A stretch of 31,352 nt of DNA from an uncultured Planctomycetales bacterium (GTDB taxonomy: Bacteria > Omnitrophota > Gorgyraeia > Zapsychrales > CAZAPN01), in NCBI GenBank assembly GCA_964487145.1, contig CAZAPN010000001.1, positions 1-31,352 of the forward strand. Direction: 5' to 3'. Below the pieces are notes generated by a model. It was not told the origin of the DNA and searched no databases. It was given only the letters and a program-made list of their open reading frames with translations. Position numbers and translations under genes: made by a program. The number at the start of each line of letters is the position of its first letter. The stretch's first letter is position 1. Shown here in pieces: positions 27,425-31,352 of this stretch.

Positions 27425-28473
27425 ATGTAAATATCAAAAAGCTCAAACGATCTTTGGTGGACCTAGGGCTAGACGCTTTTCTTGTCACCAAAGATATCAA
27501 TATATCTTACCTGACAGGGTTTCCTTCCTCTGATTCCTGGCTTTTGGTGAGTCCCCGTGGGGTTTTTTATATCACCGATTTTCGTTATATTCTGGAGGCC
27601 AAGAAAAATCTTTCAGGGATTACGATTAAACGCCATCAAGGATCGCTTTCGCAGATGGTTGTTGATTTGGCTGTGAGTTTGAAAATCAAAAGAATCGGAA
27701 TGGATGACCGGCATCTGTCTTGGGCGGCCTATCAGCAGTTAAAAAAGCGTTTGCCGTGGGGTATTCGGATTGTTTCGACGGGGAATGTGGTCGAAGATTT
27801 ACGGCAGGTTAAAACCACACAAGAAAAGGCAAAGATCCTAAAGGCTATTTCGCTTAATCAAAAGGCCTATCATTTTTTAAAAGGGGTGATTAAACCAGGA
27901 TTGACGGAACAGGAGGTTCTTTTAAAGCTCGAAAATTATATTAAAGGCTTTAATGTGAAGTTTTCTTTTGATCCAATTATCGCCTCCGGACCCAATTCCT
28001 GCTTTCCTCATGCCAGGGTCACAGGACGCAAGATCCAAAGGAATGATTTGGTGTTAGTCGATGTCGGGATCGACGTTGAAGGCTATAAATCTGACTTGAC
28101 ACGCATGTTCTTTTTGGGTAAAATACCGCGTCCAATTTACGATGTTTATAACATCGTGTGTGCTTCACAACACGCAGCGATTCAAAAAATCAAACCTGGA
28201 ATCCCTGCATCAGAAGTTGATCAAGAGGCACGTAACTATCTAAAGAAGAATAAGTTAGATAAATTTTTCGGTCATTCTCTGGGACATGGAGTCGGATTAG
28301 AAATTCATGAGGAGCCATCCATCTCATCGAAAAGTTCGACGCCTTTGCAAGCAGGGATGATCTTTACGGTTGAGCCGGCCGTTTATATCCCAGGGAAATT
28401 TGGAATACGGATTGAAGACATGGTTCTTGTAACCAAGAAAGGGTATGAGGTTTTAAGTGACTATCGGAATTAA
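27421..28473 (+). CDS. Xaa-Pro aminopeptidase (M24B family; YqhT/PepQ-like)
   Basis: Creatinase-like N-domain; [41 protein letters not shown] overlap with aroQ. Confidence 0.92.
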   Translation: MNVNIKKLKRSLVDLGLDAFLVTKDINISYLTGFPSSDSWLLVSPRGVFYITDFRYILEAKKNLSGITIKRHQGSLSQMVVDLAVSLKIKRIGMDDRHLSWAAYQQLKKRLPWGIRIVSTGNVVEDLRQVKTTQEKAKILKAISLNQKAYHFLKGVIKPGLTEQEVLLKLENYIKGFNVKFSFDPIIASGPNSCFPHARVTGRKIQRNDLVLVDVGIDVEGYKSDLTRMFFLGKIPRPIYDVYNIVCASQHAAIQKIKPGIPASEVDQEARNYLKKNKLDKFFGHSLGHGVGLEIHEEPSISSKSSTPLQAGMIFTVEPAVYIPGKFGIRIEDMVLVTKKGYEVLSDYRN

Positions 28474-29026
28474 TGACATTACTTCAGGCATTGCCATCAA
28501 ACTCGAGGATAAAGTTTATGTCGTGGATGAGTATCATCACGTCAAACCAGGAAAAGGGGCTGCGTTTGTCCGGGTCAGGTTGCGCGACCTTCGAACGGAT
28601 CTGGTGATCGAAAGGACCTTTCGAACGGCCGAAAGGATTGATGACGTTTTCCTTGAGCAAAAACAACTTCAATACCTTTATCGTGCCGGCGACATGTTCC
28701 ATTTTATGTGTCAGGAAAGTTATGAAGAGGTCATGATCAGTGAAAACAAAATTGGCGACGGCATTAAATTCCTTCAGGATAACATCATCGTCAACGGTCT
28801 TTTTATTGAAAATCAGATTGTGAAAATTATTCTTCCTAATTTTTTGATTACACAAATTATGGAAACAGAGCCCGGAATCAAGGGCGATTCCTCTCGGGCG
28901 GGAACAAAACCGGCGAAAATTGATACGGGGGCAACGGTCTTAGTCCCTTTATTTATAAACGTAGGTGATTGGATTAAAATCGATACGCGAACCGGTGGTG
29001 AATACGTTGAAAGGGTCCAAAAATGA
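28457..29026 (+). CDS. efp: Elongation factor P
   Basis: HVKPGKGAAF loop, TEPGIKGD, KPA...TG...VPLFI..GD.IKIDTR...Y..R; GTG start. Confidence 0.97.
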   Translation: MTIGINDITSGIAIKLEDKVYVVDEYHHVKPGKGAAFVRVRLRDLRTDLVIERTFRTAERIDDVFLEQKQLQYLYRAGDMFHFMCQESYEEVMISENKIGDGIKFLQDNIIVNGLFIENQIVKIILPNFLITQIMETEPGIKGDSSRAGTKPAKIDTGATVLVPLFINVGDWIKIDTRTGGEYVERVQK

Positions 29027-29487
29027 ACCTGAAAGAAATTAAAGAAATGATCACGCTCATGAATGAGAATGGTCTTACCGAACTCGAAGTGGAACGCGAA
29101 GGGGAAAAACTAAAGCTTCGCAAAGGTTTAAGCGGAGCTGTGGATATTCAACCTGTGAGTGCTCCTGTTGAATACCGGGTTGAATCAGTCCCTCAGGCAC
29201 GGCCCCGAGCCACTGCCACGGCCGTTCCAGAAACGCCAAATAAGAATTCCAAGGAGATTACATCTCCCATGGTTGGCACATTTTATCGAGCCCCATCACC
29301 CGAGGCGGCTCCGTTTGTTGAAGTCGGTCAGGTTGTTGAGATCGGTCAAGTCGTTTGTATCATTGAAGCCATGAAGCTTATGAATGAAATCAAATCTGAG
29401 ATTCGTGGGAAGTTAGTAGAAATTGCCGTTGAAAATGCCCAGCCTGTTGAGTTTGGGCAAACCCTTTTCGTCATCGAACCGGTTTAA
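29023..29487 (+). CDS. accB: Acetyl-CoA carboxylase biotin carboxyl carrier protein
   Basis: ITSPMVGTFY, IIEAMKLMNEI (biotinyl lysine), VEFGQ.LF. Confidence 0.96.
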   Translation: MNLKEIKEMITLMNENGLTELEVEREGEKLKLRKGLSGAVDIQPVSAPVEYRVESVPQARPRATATAVPETPNKNSKEITSPMVGTFYRAPSPEAAPFVEVGQVVEIGQVVCIIEAMKLMNEIKSEIRGKLVEIAVENAQPVEFGQTLFVIEPV

Positions 29488-29490
29488 GGC

Positions 29491-30852
29491 ATGTTTTCTA
29501 AAATTTTGATAGCCAACCGCGGAGAGATCGCGTTACGGATTATCCGCGCCTGTAAAGAATTAAATATCCGAACCGTTGCCGTTTATTCTAAGGCCGACCG
29601 TGAGTCTTTGCATGTCCGCCTCGCGGATGAAGCGGTCTGTATCGGCAATGCGCCCAGCCGAGAAAGTTATCTGAATATCCCTGCGTTAATTTCTGCCGCG
29701 GAAATCACCGATGTTGAAGCCATTCATCCTGGATATGGTTTTCTCGCCGAGAATGCCCATTTTGCTGAAATTTGTGAATCCTGTAATATCTCGTTTATCG
29801 GACCGACACCCCAGGCAATTCGTGCCATGGGAGACAAAGTTGTCGCCCGGGAAACTATGCGTAAAGCTGGAGTGCCTGTTACTCCTGGTGGAATGTCAAC
29901 GATTAAATCCAAAGAAGAGGCTCTGAAACTTGCGAAGAAATTAAAATATCCTGTCATCATTAAGGCAGCGGCTGGTGGCGGCGGAAAAGGCATGCGGGTT
30001 TGTCATAATGATGTGAGTTTAGTGAGTTCCTATACGATGGCCCAGAATGAAGCCGAAGCTGCCTTTGGAAACGGTGATGTGTATATAGAAAAATATATTT
30101 CGGAACCTCGCCACATTGAATTTCAGATCATTGCTGATCACTATGGCAATGTGGTTCATGCGGGGGAACGGGATTGCAGTATTCAGCGTCGTCATCAAAA
30201 ACTTTTGGAAGAATCTCCTTCCACAGCCATTGACAGTAAATTGCGCCAGAAAATGGGAGAGATGGCCGTTCGTGGTGCGAAGGCGGTCAATTATCGCGGT
30301 GTGGGAACCATGGAATTTTTACTGGATAATGACGGCTCGTTTTACTTCATGGAAATGAATACCCGAATCCAAGTAGAGCACCCCGTGACTGAAATGGTCA
30401 CTGGCATTGATTTGGTCAAAGCGCAGATCCGATTAGGCGGCGGTGAAAAATTGAAATTGAAGCAAAATGACATCAAAGTCCAAGGCGCCGCCATCGAATG
30501 CCGTATCAATGCGGAAGACCCCGACAATAATTTTCTTCCTTGTCCCGGCAAAATTGAAGAACTGAATTTGCCTGGGGGGCCAGGTGTCCGTGTCGATACC
30601 CATATTTATCCAGGGTATGTGATCAGTCCTTTTTATGATTCGATGGTCGCGAAACTTATCGTCCATGGGAAAAACCGGGATCAAGCGATTCGAACCATGC
30701 TTCGGGCTTTAGAAGAGTTTTATATTTCTCCCATTAAAACAACGATAGGGTTGCATCAAAAAATCCTTCAGCACCCGTTGTTTATCAAAGGCACGCTTTC
30801 CACGCATTTCTTAGAAAAGATCTTTCAGAACCAAGCCGAGGCTCATAAGTAA
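29491..30852 (+). CDS. accC: Acetyl-CoA carboxylase biotin carboxylase subunit
   Basis: [52 protein letters not shown]. Confidence 0.97.
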   Translation: MFSKILIANRGEIALRIIRACKELNIRTVAVYSKADRESLHVRLADEAVCIGNAPSRESYLNIPALISAAEITDVEAIHPGYGFLAENAHFAEICESCNISFIGPTPQAIRAMGDKVVARETMRKAGVPVTPGGMSTIKSKEEALKLAKKLKYPVIIKAAAGGGGKGMRVCHNDVSLVSSYTMAQNEAEAAFGNGDVYIEKYISEPRHIEFQIIADHYGNVVHAGERDCSIQRRHQKLLEESPSTAIDSKLRQKMGEMAVRGAKAVNYRGVGTMEFLLDNDGSFYFMEMNTRIQVEHPVTEMVTGIDLVKAQIRLGGGEKLKLKQNDIKVQGAAIECRINAEDPDNNFLPCPGKIEELNLPGGPGVRVDTHIYPGYVISPFYDSMVAKLIVHGKNRDQAIRTMLRALEEFYISPIKTTIGLHQKILQHPLFIKGTLSTHFLEKIFQNQAEAHK

Positions 30853-30895
30853 CGGCTTTCTCGATTCTTTAAGAAAGGGAAGGGAGACCAGTCCT

Positions 30896-31249
30896 ATGGA
30901 AGACACAAAAATTGAAATTGGTTCCATCCATATCCACAAAAAAGTTCTCGCCGATATTACTGTTTCCGTCGTCAAAGACATTGAGGGGGTGTCGTTAGCT
31001 CCTAAAGATGTTCGAACAAAATTTCTCGAATTTTTCGGCCGTCAGAATTACTCGGGAATTGAGGTCTTAATTGATAAAGATTCTCAAGTGAGCCTCGAGG
31101 TGAAACTCTGTGTCCGCTATGGGATTTATATCCCTGACATTGCGCGTCAAGTCCAGGATTCAATTCGGGGGGCGATTGAACGGACCACCGATATTCGGCT
31201 CAAAGATATTCACATTAATATTCAGAGTATTGAGAGGGGGCAAGCATGA
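30896..31249 (+). CDS. Asp23/Gls24-family protein (YqhY-like)
   Basis: G.I.I...VLA.I...V.DIEGV, V.YG..IPDIA..VQ..I..AIE..T...L..I.INIQ; lies directly after accC. Confidence 0.87.
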   Translation: MEDTKIEIGSIHIHKKVLADITVSVVKDIEGVSLAPKDVRTKFLEFFGRQNYSGIEVLIDKDSQVSLEVKLCVRYGIYIPDIARQVQDSIRGAIERTTDIRLKDIHINIQSIERGQA

Positions 31250-31352
31250 AAACATTTATGAATGTCGTTATTTTATTTTTTTTGATTGTCATTATCGGAA
31301 TCAGCGCTTTGGTCATTTTGTTTGTTCTTGAATTTGTTAAATTGGATCAAAT
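31246..31352 (+). CDS. Membrane protein, truncated by the window end (possibly AmaP-like)
   Basis: ATGA overlap with asp23; MKTFMNVVILFFLIVIIGISALVILFVLEFVKLDQ is one strongly hydrophobic segment. AmaP identity rests on synteny only. Confidence 0.55.
   Translation, partial: MKTFMNVVILFFLIVIIGISALVILFVLEFVKLDQ

Noticed and set aside
1-31352. Alternative genetic code, selenocysteine recoding, CRISPR, tRNA/rRNA, IS elements
   Set aside because: TAA, TAG and TGA all terminate conserved proteins at the expected ends. No intergenic gap is large enough for such elements, and I saw no repeats, transposase or integrase motifs.

Overview
A 31 kb, gene-dense bacterial window in which every supportable gene is on the + strand. 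I found no RNA genes, mobile elements or CRISPR arrays. Positions 1-17215 hold the fused str/S10/spc/alpha translation cluster: fusA 3' end, tuf, rpsJ to rplO, secY, adk, map, infA, rpmJ, rpsM, rpsK, rpsD, rpoA, rplQ. rpmD (L30) is cleanly absent from its usual slot. The cluster runs with short gaps into a class I aminotransferase, a PilT-type ATPase and an isocitrate dehydrogenase-family gene, and ends at an intrinsic terminator near 20610-20648. Next is a tightly packed block: lipB, a stand-alone lipoyl-domain protein, a UgtP/MGDG-synthase-like glycosyltransferase, an LpxL/PatA-like acyltransferase, a GT2 glycosyltransferase, a TonB/TolA-like protein and a CBS protein. A clear sigma70-type promoter (25474-25502) then precedes a Memo-family gene (AmmeMemoRadiSam B), DUF1844, a Trm112-like gene, aroQ, an Xaa-Pro peptidase, efp, accB, accC, an Asp23-family gene and a truncated membrane protein. 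The RpoA N-terminus (MGVKWRDFQMPK), the missing L30 and the gene content suggest a PVC-related lineage such as Ca. Omnitrophota; this is inference and was not checked by a search. Most of the window is housekeeping. The best candidates for undescribed biology are the lipB/lipoyl-carrier/glycolipid block, the orphan Memo-DUF1844-Trm112 unit upstream of efp, and the PilT gene appended to the ribosomal super-operon.
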